Shown: one piece after another, positions 8,570 to 16,493 of the stretch
How the letters are laid out: the number at the start of each line of letters is the position of its first letter
Numbering within the stretch: the stretch's first letter is position 1
From: Actinomycetota bacterium
GTDB taxonomy: Bacteria; Actinomycetota; Acidimicrobiia; Spongiisociales; UBA4744
Reading direction: 5' to 3'
DNA length: 64,000 nt
Assembly: GCA_013152275.1 (NCBI GenBank)
Contig: JAADGS010000092.1
Span: forward strand, 12,793 to 76,792
Made by a program: the position numbers and the translations under genes
The notes under the pieces: model-generated
Told to the model about the DNA's origin: nothing
Seen by the model: the letters and a program-made list of their open reading frames with translations, nothing else
Database searches by the model: none

Positions 8570-10135
8570 TCAATACCCCTGCGCCGGGGTGTGACACTGC
8601 GTGCACTTGATCTGTTTCCACGCGTCTCCGATGTCGACAGGATGCTGGAAGGCAAGACCGGCCACGCTGTTCTCGATGTCGGCGAGGTTGTCCGAGGGGC
8701 CCTGGGCGGCGATCGTATGACACGAGTTGCACGAAGAGGAGATCCGTGTCCCGTCATCGCTCTCCAGATCCGAGAAGTGGCACCGGAAACAGCCGTCGTT
8801 GACAAAGTGGCTGAGGTTGTCCTCGCGGGCCCGGTAGTCGGTCTTCATCTCCGGGAAGAAGTTGGCGTCGTAGATGCGCACCAGGGTGTCGGCGGCCTTC
8901 TCGACCTGGCCCTGATCCACCTTGCCGGGATACTGCTTCGCGTAGTAGGCCAGGAGCCCGGACCGGATCGCCTCGTCTGCCTCCGGTTTCGTGTCATATG
9001 GCGCGTTGAGCAAGGTCAGCCCCTGCCAGCGGACGAACGGGAGGTCCTTGGAGATCGTGCCCTTGGTCATCTCGAGGTTGATCGCCGTCGCCGGAGGGAG
9101 GAAGTCGTGACTGGGCCGGTTGTGGCAGTCCATGCAGTCCAAGATACGAACTTCGACGTCGGGCGAATCGGGATCGACCACCGCATCGGGACGCTTGAAG
9201 ACGGTGACCTTCCCCGTCTCGCCGTCCGTGAACCGCACCCAGATCATCTGCTGGCGCTTCTTGTCGGTCGTCACGTATTCGATCTTGTTCTCGCCGAGCA
9301 TGTGCCAGTGGATGCCCTCCTGCTTGCCGGTTCGGGGGTTCCCCCCACCGACTTTCATGAGCAGACTGATCGTCCACGGCGAGTTCGCCTCGTTGGTCCG
9401 GTAGTACGTTTTCGTGACGAGCTTCTCGCCATAGAACTGATCGGGCCAGTGGCATCCCTCACAGGTCTGTTGAGCAGGTCGCAGACTCGTCACCGGTGTC
9501 GGCACGGGACGGTCGTACGAGTTGGTCAGCACCGCCACCACCTGGCGGATACCGTCGATCTTGGCGCGCACGAAGAACGATGCGCCGGGGCCGATGTGGC
9601 ACTCTGCACAGGCGACGCGAGCGTGCGGAGACTGCTGATAGGTGACCCACTGTGGGTTCATCACCGTGTGGCACGCCTCCCCGCAGAACGTTGCGGAGTC
9701 GGTGACTTCGTACCCCTTGTAACCACCCCAGGCGACCGTGCCGAGCAACATCGCCGTGAGGATGCCGAACAGCGCAAGGGAGCGCATGTACCGGGGGTTC
9801 GACGGCTCGAACCGAAGGTTGAACCGGACGTGTTCTCCGCGCCGGCGAGCCCTGACGACCTGGATGCGGATGGCGAGCAGGAAGAGGATGAGGCCGAGCA
9901 GAACCACCGAGGGAAAACCGATGAATGTGACGAGTCCTCGATACGGGTTGCCGGCGGGTGAACTCAGGTCGACGAATGCGAGGATGGCGAACCCGAGTAT
10001 CCCGGCGACGACGAGCGCGCCGCCCACCGCAGCCAAAGGATGGCGGTAGAGGCTCCTGCCCTCGACCGCCTCGGCCTTGGTCTCGCTCTCCCTGTCACTC
10101 ACGCTCGATCCCTCCTCAACCGATCTCTGATCCAC
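8570..10135 (-). CDS. Membrane-anchored heptahaem c-type cytochrome (N-terminal TM helices plus 7 CxxCH); ImcH-like putative quinol oxidase
   Basis: Two N-terminal hydrophobic helices (ALVVAGILGFAILAFV; VTFIGFPSVVLLGLILFLLAI; SLALFGILTAMLLGTVAW). The 7 CxxCH motifs are CGEACH, CAECH, CEGCH, CMDCH, CFRCH, CNSCH, CTQCH. It is the last gene of the minus-strand cytochrome operon. Confidence 0.85.
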   Translation of the reverse strand: MDQRSVEEGSSVSDRESETKAEAVEGRSLYRHPLAAVGGALVVAGILGFAILAFVDLSSPAGNPYRGLVTFIGFPSVVLLGLILFLLAIRIQVVRARRRGEHVRFNLRFEPSNPRYMRSLALFGILTAMLLGTVAWGGYKGYEVTDSATFCGEACHTVMNPQWVTYQQSPHARVACAECHIGPGASFFVRAKIDGIRQVVAVLTNSYDRPVPTPVTSLRPAQQTCEGCHWPDQFYGEKLVTKTYYRTNEANSPWTISLLMKVGGGNPRTGKQEGIHWHMLGENKIEYVTTDKKRQQMIWVRFTDGETGKVTVFKRPDAVVDPDSPDVEVRILDCMDCHNRPSHDFLPPATAINLEMTKGTISKDLPFVRWQGLTLLNAPYDTKPEADEAIRSGLLAYYAKQYPGKVDQGQVEKAADTLVRIYDANFFPEMKTDYRAREDNLSHFVNDGCFRCHFSDLESDDGTRISSSCNSCHTIAAQGPSDNLADIENSVAGLAFQHPVDIGDAWKQIKCTQCHTPAQGY

Positions 10136-10201
10136 GCTAGTCGATCGGCCCTCACCGGCCTCACGACCGACCGTCTCTTCTTGTCGAACCTGTTCCTCGA
10201 A

Positions 10202-11461
10202 TCAGCCTTGCGGCGCGCCGGCGCCGATCCATGCCTTCACCAACGCCAGGTCCTCGTCCGTGAACTTGCCGAAATGCGACCCGTCCCCCACTTTGACGAT
10301 CACATGGCTCGCATCCGCATCACCGGCCACGAACCCGGGCTCACCACTATCACCCCCGGCCAGCAACCCCGCATACGACGTAACGTCCAGACCGGAGGCC
10401 GGCGCACTGCCACCGTGACATGACCCGCACGCCGCCTCGAACACCGCCGCCACACCGGAGTTCCATGTCACGCCGGCAGAAGCCGCCGTGGTCGAGGGCG
10501 TCGCAGCCGACGTGGTCGCCGACGCGGCCGCGGTCGTCGTCGGAGCCGCGGTCGTCGGTGGAAGGGTCGTCGTGGGAGGCGTGGTCGACGGTGGAAGGGT
10601 CGTCGTCGGCAGCGGCGTGTAGATGGGTCCGGCGAGCGGCGAAGGCGCGACGGTCGTGATCGCCGTCTGCTCGAACGTCACGAACTCGTAGACCCCCATC
10701 AGCATCACGGCGGCCAGGACGGTGAAGGCCGGCCAGTACCTGAGCGCTCGGTTGCGTCGCTCCTCGGGATCGGTCTCGATCCGATCCGTTTCCGCGTCGA
10801 TCGTGGCCAGTTCGAGCGGGTGGAGCTCTTTCATCTGGGCACGCGACAGGTACCCGGTGAAGATCGAAGGGTTGAAGTGCCGCCAATGGACGTCGTAGGA
10901 GTGCCAGACGATGATGGCCAGCACGGCGAGGACCGCCTCCCAACCGTGGGCCGCCTTGGCCGCCGGCACGAAGACCCCCGGGAGGAACCGGGTGGTGGCG
11001 ATCGGATTCCAGAGCATGAAGCCGGTCACCGCCATCAGTACGGTGCCCCACACCAGCGACCAGTACTCCATCTTCTCGCCGACCGTATACCGGCCCTCGG
11101 GAGGCGGGCCCGACGCCAAACCGAGGTTGAACCTGATCCAGCCCCACGCGGCCGACAGGTCCGCCTTCCCCGGGATCAGCGAATGGGGTCTGCGGAGCAC
11201 GAAGCGCTTGTAGCCCAGCACACCGAGGTGGTACACGAGCGAGAGCAGCAGAATGGTTGCGAGAATGTGGTGGATTCTGCGGGTGTAGTCGATCCCTCCG
11301 AAGAGCCCGATGATCCAGTCCGAGAACCAGCGGTCGGCGTATTTCTGCACCAGTCCGGTGATCGCCAGACCGGTGAACGTGATGACCTGGACGGCGTGCT
11401 CGATCCGGTCCGACACCGTGAACCTCAGGATCTTCTCGTCGGGACGCGTCGTCTCAGTCAT
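10202..11461 (-). CDS. Dihaem cytochrome b (FdnI/HydC/CybH-like membrane domain) fused via a Pro/Thr-rich linker to a C-terminal monohaem cytochrome c domain
   Basis: The N-terminal ~250 aa has 4-5 TM helices with conserved His residues (RIEHAVQV, RRIHHILATI, AAHGWEAV...VWHSYDVHWRH). The linker reads PLPTTTLPPSTTPPTTTLPPTTAAPTTTAAASATTSAATPSTTAASAG. The C-terminal domain carries CGSCHG. The start overlaps the nonahaem gene end by 8 nt. Confidence 0.85.
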   Translation of the reverse strand: MTETTRPDEKILRFTVSDRIEHAVQVITFTGLAITGLVQKYADRWFSDWIIGLFGGIDYTRRIHHILATILLLSLVYHLGVLGYKRFVLRRPHSLIPGKADLSAAWGWIRFNLGLASGPPPEGRYTVGEKMEYWSLVWGTVLMAVTGFMLWNPIATTRFLPGVFVPAAKAAHGWEAVLAVLAIIVWHSYDVHWRHFNPSIFTGYLSRAQMKELHPLELATIDAETDRIETDPEERRNRALRYWPAFTVLAAVMLMGVYEFVTFEQTAITTVAPSPLAGPIYTPLPTTTLPPSTTPPTTTLPPTTAAPTTTAAASATTSAATPSTTAASAGVTWNSGVAAVFEAACGSCHGGSAPASGLDVTSYAGLLAGGDSGEPGFVAGDADASHVIVKVGDGSHFGKFTDEDLALVKAWIGAGAPQG

Positions 11462-12554
11462 GTCGTCGCCTCCTGAGGCGAGCGGCGAGCCTTCTCCGCA
11501 CGTCGAGTCCCACGGCGAGGAGCATCGCGCCGATCACGAGCGGGATGAGGATCTTGTAGAACATGTTCACCCAGTACACGAGCGGGGCCTCGGTGGTGCT
11601 CGGCGCATAGTGACTCAGCCATGCGTCGGGGAAGTTCGCCGTGGCATCCGGGTGGCACCGCCGGCACGTGCCGAGCAGATTCTTCTTGTACACGGAGCTG
11701 TCCGTGTCGCTGGGCGCCTTGATGTCATGAACACCGTGACAATCGACGCACACGGGCTTGTTCGTGTCCTGACCGGGAGCCAGCTTCTCGAAGAGAACGA
11801 CCGTCGTGCCGTGAAAGTCCGACAGGTACGAACTGAACACGTTCGTGGAGATGCCGTACTTGTCCATCAGGGCCTTGTTGGCGTGACAGTCCGCGCAGAT
11901 CTGCGGCGAGAACAGCCGGAACGGCGAATCGTCATGCGGACCCTTCACGTCATGGACGCCGTGACAGTCCGTGCAGGTCGGGACGTCCGGGTTGCCGGTC
12001 GTGAGCGCCTCCCCGTGCACGCTGTCCTCGTAGGCGTTGTAGATCTCCGAATGACATTTCCTGCACATCAGCGGAATGTTGGTTCGAGGCTCGCCGGGCG
12101 GTTGGACGTTGTGGGAACCGTGGCAGTCGGTGCAGACGGCCGCCTCCGTGACGCCGGCCTGGCGTGCGAGCTCGTGGTCGCTGTCGCGAGTCCCCGTGTA
12201 CTCGGAGTAGTGGCACGTCGCACAGGACGTATACATCTGTAGCGTGAAGCCGCGGCGGCTCTCGGCGGTGATCGGAGCGTGCGGATACGTGGAGATGTCC
12301 GTGTGACAGAGAACGCACGCCACATCGAGCTTGCCGTGAACCGAATCGGCGTACTCGTGACCGTCGACGGCAATGTCGAGCGTCTCCCCCGAGGGCAGTG
12401 GTATTCCCAGCGAGCTTCCCTCGTGACAGGAGAGACAGTAGGAGTTGTCCCACCGAGGGTCGGTCTGCGCGGCTGCCCGAGATTGCCCACCGAGCAGGAT
12501 CGCCGTACCGATGATCAGTGCACCGAGTACAACGATCCTTCTACATCTTTGCAT
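11454..12554 (-). CDS. Nonahaem c-type cytochrome, secreted, with a C-terminal transmembrane anchor
   Basis: Sec signal peptide (cleavage near AAAQT). The 9 CxxCH motifs are CLSCH, CVLCH, CATCH, CTDCH, CRKCH, CTDCH, CADCH, CVDCH, CRRCH. The C-terminal hydrophobic helix ILIPLVIGAMLLAVGL is followed by RRRLAARLRRRRHD. Confidence 0.9.
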   Translation of the reverse strand: MQRCRRIVVLGALIIGTAILLGGQSRAAAQTDPRWDNSYCLSCHEGSSLGIPLPSGETLDIAVDGHEYADSVHGKLDVACVLCHTDISTYPHAPITAESRRGFTLQMYTSCATCHYSEYTGTRDSDHELARQAGVTEAAVCTDCHGSHNVQPPGEPRTNIPLMCRKCHSEIYNAYEDSVHGEALTTGNPDVPTCTDCHGVHDVKGPHDDSPFRLFSPQICADCHANKALMDKYGISTNVFSSYLSDFHGTTVVLFEKLAPGQDTNKPVCVDCHGVHDIKAPSDTDSSVYKKNLLGTCRRCHPDATANFPDAWLSHYAPSTTEAPLVYWVNMFYKILIPLVIGAMLLAVGLDVRRRLAARLRRRRHD

Positions 12555-12615
12555 GCGCGAACTGTCTCTTTTCCGAGTTGCGCCCCCACTCTAAGTACGG
12601 GTCCTCCATCCCCTC

Positions 12616-12633
12616 GGGACCTTTGGACCTTTG
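12616..12633. promoter_or_regulatory. Tandem direct repeat GGACCTTT GGACCTTT in the 106-bp region upstream of the cytochrome b/c operon; candidate operator
   Basis: Read directly from the sequence. It is the only intergenic space upstream of 12554. Confidence 0.3.
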
Positions 12634-12660
12634 CCGACCGCAAAAGACCCTTACTGGATC

Positions 12661-13965
12661 TCAGAGCCCGGCGAGGATCTCTCGCAAAGAGGGGCCCTTG
12701 ACGATCTCGATCCCGTAGGTGACGCGCGTTCCCGGCATGTCGAGGTCCAGCAGCGGAAGCAGATTGACCGGTGTGGCGACAACCACGACTTCGGGGTTCG
12801 CCCGCCTGATCGTTTCGGCGAGTTCGGCCCGCTGCTCTTCTCCGTAGCCCATCGCCGGGAGGAGCCGGCCGATGTGGGAGAACTTCGCAAACGTGTCGGC
12901 GATCGAACCGACGGCGAAGGGACGAGGGTCGATCAACTCGGCCGCCCCGAACTGCCTGGAGGCGATGACACCGGCACCGTACGCCATACCGCCGTGGGTC
13001 AGCGTCGGTCCATCCTCGACGACAAGCACACGCCTGCCGGCGATGAGGTCCGGGTCGGCGACGGTGATCGGCGAGTGGGCCTCGAGCACGACCGCGCTCG
13101 GGTTCGCCTCCCTCACGTCGGCGAGCACCGCGGCCACGTTCTTCTCCTCCGCAGTGCCGACCTTGTTGATCATCACCACATCGGCGCGCCGCAGGTTGGC
13201 CTCGCCCGGCCAGTATCTCAGTTCATGCCCCGGGCGGTGCGGGTCGACGACACAGATGTGCAGGTCGGGCCGGTAGAAGGGAAGATCGTTGTTCCCGCCG
13301 TCCCAGAGGATGACATCGGCTTCCTGCTCGGCGAGACGCAAGATCGCCTCGTAATCGACACCGGCGAAGATGACGCCGCCCTGCTCGATGTACGGTTCGT
13401 ACTCCTCGCGCTCTTCGATCGAGCAATCCGCGTCGATGAGGTCCTGATTGCTCGCGAACCGCTGAACCGCCTGTCTGACGAGATCTCCATAGGGCATGGG
13501 GTGGCGAATCGCCGCGACGCGTCTCCCCGCGGCGTTGAGCGTATGCCAGACGGCACGGCTGGTCGGAGATTTCCCCGCGCCCGTTCTGGCGGCCGTGACG
13601 GCGACGACGGGCAGGTCCGAAGGGATCATCGTCTGCGCACCGGGAAGCTCGTAGGAGGCGCCTGCCGCCACGGCACGCGCAGCGAGGTGCATCACGTGCT
13701 CGTGGGTGACGTCCGAATAGGCGAAGACGACCCGATCGACGTTGTAGACGGCGATCAGACGTTCCATGTCCTCCTCGGGGAGGATCGGGATCCCGTACGG
13801 ATACAACTCGCCCGCCAGCGATGCGGGATACCTCCTGCCGTCGATGTTCGGAATCTGTGTGGCGGTGAACGCCACGACGTCATAGTGAGGATCGTCCCGG
13901 TACAGAACGTTGAAGTTGTGAAAGTCCCGTCCGGCAGCCCCCAGAATCAGTATCCGTTCGCTCAT
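12661..13965 (-). CDS. Rossmann-like plus P-loop NTPase domain protein (cyclic 2,3-diphosphoglycerate synthetase-like or DUF1611-like); function uncertain
   Basis: Start MSERILILGAAGRDFHNF is preceded by GGAGG. The internal Walker-A-like motif is VTAARTGAGKSPTS. Length is 434 aa. The longer ORF to 14022 lacks an RBS. Confidence 0.55.
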   Translation of the reverse strand: MSERILILGAAGRDFHNFNVLYRDDPHYDVVAFTATQIPNIDGRRYPASLAGELYPYGIPILPEEDMERLIAVYNVDRVVFAYSDVTHEHVMHLAARAVAAGASYELPGAQTMIPSDLPVVAVTAARTGAGKSPTSRAVWHTLNAAGRRVAAIRHPMPYGDLVRQAVQRFASNQDLIDADCSIEEREEYEPYIEQGGVIFAGVDYEAILRLAEQEADVILWDGGNNDLPFYRPDLHICVVDPHRPGHELRYWPGEANLRRADVVMINKVGTAEEKNVAAVLADVREANPSAVVLEAHSPITVADPDLIAGRRVLVVEDGPTLTHGGMAYGAGVIASRQFGAAELIDPRPFAVGSIADTFAKFSHIGRLLPAMGYGEEQRAELAETIRRANPEVVVVATPVNLLPLLDLDMPGTRVTYGIEIVKGPSLREILAGL

Positions 13966-14022
13966 TGCGACCTCCGTAACAACAGTCCCACTATTGTCGC
14001 CGGATCGAGGGAACGCTCCCAA

Positions 14023-14775
14023 TCAACCGAGAAACCGCTCGATCTCGAGAGCGACCTTGCGGGGCGCCTCCCCGACGACGGCATGTCCTGCGTCCTCGAC
14101 GACCACGAGACGGCCTCCCGTGGCGGCGGCCACCCGTTCGGCGATGGCGACATACCGGGGATCCCGCTCTCCGGCGATGACCAGCACCGGCATTTCCAGC
14201 TCTTCGAGGCGATCCCCGTACCACGGCTGTGCCCCCTGGCCCATCCCCCGCAGGGCACCGGCGATGCCTCGAGCGGTGTTCTCCAGCCGAAGCGCCACGT
14301 CCGCTTCGAGCCACGCGGCACCCCTTCGGTGAAGACCATCGAAGATCGGCCGGTTCATCCAGCGTTCGAAGAAGGACTCCAGGTCCTCACTCTCGATGAC
14401 ACGCGCCAGTGCCTCGTCACGGGTCTGCCGGACGAGGCGGCGCCGCTCGTCGGCGATCCCGATTCCCGTAGAGATCAGGATGAGGTGCGAGACGGCCTGC
14501 GGATGTTCGAGCGCGACACCGAGCGCGATGCGCCCGCCTTGCGAGTAGCCGAGGAGCGCTCGACCACCCGTCACGGCGGCGACCGCCGCGATCGCCGCGG
14601 GGAAGGTTGCCGGAAACGCTGCGGCTCCTCCATGACCGGGAAGGTCCGGAGCCAGGATCTCGCGTCCGGTGATCGCTGCCAGTTCCGCGAACATGCCTCC
14701 GTGCTGCGTGAAGCCGTGCAGCGCGACGATGGCAGGCGGCCGACCGGCGAATCTTCTGACGGGGAGTCCTTCCAT
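14023..14775 (-). CDS. Alpha/beta-hydrolase; positional MenH/BpoC-like (SHCHC synthase candidate), divergent from menD
   Basis: Nucleophile elbow GYSQGG. HG oxyanion motif in IVALHGFTQHG. Catalytic His near the C-terminus (DAGHAV). Synteny with menD resembles mycobacterial bpoC-menD. Confidence 0.65.
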   Translation of the reverse strand: MEGLPVRRFAGRPPAIVALHGFTQHGGMFAELAAITGREILAPDLPGHGGAAAFPATFPAAIAAVAAVTGGRALLGYSQGGRIALGVALEHPQAVSHLILISTGIGIADERRRLVRQTRDEALARVIESEDLESFFERWMNRPIFDGLHRRGAAWLEADVALRLENTARGIAGALRGMGQGAQPWYGDRLEELEMPVLVIAGERDPRYVAIAERVAAATGGRLVVVEDAGHAVVGEAPRKVALEIERFLG

Positions 14776-14783
14776 GGACTGTA

Positions 14784-16433
14784 TTGTTGCTGCTCGTGAG
14801 CAACTCCGCCTACAGAGCGACCGCCGTGCTCGTAGCCGCCCTCGCCCGCCTGGGTCTGCGGCATGCGTGCCTCACGCCGGGATCGAGGAACACGCCGCTG
14901 TCACTCGCATTCGCCGAGCACCCCGACGTCACCGATTGGATCCACCACGACGAGCGGTCGTCGTCCTTCTTCGCCCTCGGGCTCGCCAAGGCGACGAGGG
15001 CACCGGTTGCCGTGGTGACCACCTCCGGAACCGCCGCTGCGGAGCTCTTCCCTGCCGCCGTGGAAGCCCGCCACGGGACGGTGCCCCTCCTGCTGATCAC
15101 CGCGGATCGTCCCCCGGAACTTCGCGGTATCGGCGCTCCCCAGACGATCGACCAGGTCGGCATGTTCGGGGAGATGGTGCGCCGGTCGACCGACGCGATG
15201 CTCACCGAACTGGGTCCGGACGGAATCACCGATCTGGCCGTCGCGACGTGGAACGAGGCGATCCGGCGCCCGGGCGGCCCGGTCCACCTCAATCTCGGCT
15301 TCCGCGAACCGTTCGTTCCCACCGATCTCACCGTTGCCGAGGTCGACGTGCCCGCGGCCGACCCTGTCGGAAAGACGCCGGATGCGGGTTCCCTCCGGAC
15401 GGCTGCAGCGCTGCTGTCGGGCAAGCGAGCGCTCGTCGCCGCCGGCCCCCTCGACCATCCGGGTTTCACCGATGCCGTCACCGCACTGGCCGCCCAGGCC
15501 GGCTGGCCGATCCTGGCCGATCCGCTCAGCCAGCTGCGCGCAGGCCCCCACGATCGATCGCACGTGGTCACCTCCGGGGACGCACTCTTTCGCACGGACC
15601 GCATCCCGGGACCGATCGAAGCCGTGTTGCGCTTCGGGGCGCCTCCGACCTCCAAGGCGTTCATGACCTGGCTGGAGGGACATCCGCACGTCCCCCAAGT
15701 CGTCGTGGACGAGGTCGGCGGCCGGGACCCTTCCCGGACGGCACGGCTGATGATCACCGCCGATCCCGTCGAGTTCGCCGAAGCCCTGTCCGTCGAGCCT
15801 GTGGCCGCGGACTGGACGCACGCCTGGATGGATGCCGATGGACACGCCCGGGACGCCCTGGCGGGGATGGTGTTCCCCTCCGGGCCTGCCGTCGTGCAGA
15901 CCCTGGCGGAGCGACTCCCGGCCCGCTCGAACCTCTACGTCGCCTCCTCGATGCCGGTGAGAGATGTCGACCTGTTCTTCCCCTCGATCGACCGGCCGAT
16001 CCGACTGCTGGCGAACCGCGGCGTCAACGGCATCGATGGTCTCGTCTCTTCGGGTCTGGGCGCCTCCGCCACCGGCACGACGACGTTTGTCCTCACCGGC
16101 GACTTGTCCGCTCTGCACGACCTGGGGGCGCTCGCAACCGCTGCACGGCTTCGCCTGCCGGTCACGATCGTCGTGGTGAACAACGACGGCGGTGGCATCT
16201 TCTCGTTCCTCCCGCAGGCGAAGCTGCCGCGCCATTTCGAGCGGGTGTTCTCCACCCCGCACGGTCTGTCCTTCGTGCCCGTGGCCGAGGCGTTGGGTCT
16301 GCGCGCCGTCCACGTCGACCGCCGCGATCGGTTCGTTTCGGCGCTCGGTGAACCGGGGCCGTTGCTCATCGAGGTGACGACCGATCGCGATGCGAACGTC
16401 CGGATCCACGAGGAGGCGCTCGCGAGACTCTGA
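14784..16433 (+). CDS. menD: 2-succinyl-5-enolpyruvyl-6-hydroxy-3-cyclohexene-1-carboxylate synthase (ThDP-dependent)
   Basis: N-terminus ...NSAYRATAVLVAALARLGLRHACLTPGSRNTPL aligns with MenD N-termini. The ThDP-binding region GDLSALHDLG...VVVNNDGGGIFSF is present. The longest ORF starts at TTG 14784; GTG at ~14796 is an alternative. Confidence 0.85.
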   Translation: MLLLVSNSAYRATAVLVAALARLGLRHACLTPGSRNTPLSLAFAEHPDVTDWIHHDERSSSFFALGLAKATRAPVAVVTTSGTAAAELFPAAVEARHGTVPLLLITADRPPELRGIGAPQTIDQVGMFGEMVRRSTDAMLTELGPDGITDLAVATWNEAIRRPGGPVHLNLGFREPFVPTDLTVAEVDVPAADPVGKTPDAGSLRTAAALLSGKRALVAAGPLDHPGFTDAVTALAAQAGWPILADPLSQLRAGPHDRSHVVTSGDALFRTDRIPGPIEAVLRFGAPPTSKAFMTWLEGHPHVPQVVVDEVGGRDPSRTARLMITADPVEFAEALSVEPVAADWTHAWMDADGHARDALAGMVFPSGPAVVQTLAERLPARSNLYVASSMPVRDVDLFFPSIDRPIRLLANRGVNGIDGLVSSGLGASATGTTTFVLTGDLSALHDLGALATAARLRLPVTIVVVNNDGGGIFSFLPQAKLPRHFERVFSTPHGLSFVPVAEALGLRAVHVDRRDRFVSALGEPGPLLIEVTTDRDANVRIHEEALARL

Positions 16434-16436
16434 TCT

Positions 16437-16493
16437 CCCCGTTCTCGTGACGGTTGAGCAGGATTATTCCCGTCAACCGTCACGAGAACGGGG
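16437..16493. repeat. REP-like palindromic element copy 1 (21-bp arms CCCCGTTCTCGTGACGGTTGA / TCAACCGTCACGAGAACGGGG, 15-nt loop)
   Basis: Read directly from the sequence. It lies between convergent menD (stop 16431-16433) and menF. The right arm encodes the last residues and the TGA of menF. Confidence 0.8.

Noticed and set aside
8090-9961. 623-aa plus-strand ORF (also 14901..16409 -, 38847..40673 -, 44946..46022 +, 16390..17811 +)
   Set aside because: All are antisense to strongly supported genes (heptahaem cytochrome, menD, M24/DRE-TIM genes, GntR, menF) and are composition-driven (Arg/Gly/Pro-rich). They are not coding.
14775-14784. Possible overlap or absence of a promoter between the divergent hydrolase and menD (only 8 bp apart)
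   Set aside because: It most likely reflects the ORF-caller choosing the most upstream TTG for menD. A GTG at ~14796 or a later start would restore a small divergent spacer. This is not evidence of an unusual arrangement.
12631-14799. 722-aa ORF on the plus strand
   Set aside because: It is antisense to the P-loop gene and the alpha/beta hydrolase gene. Its composition is Arg/Gly/Asp-rich and low in complexity, typical of a spurious open frame in high-GC DNA. It has no recognisable domains.
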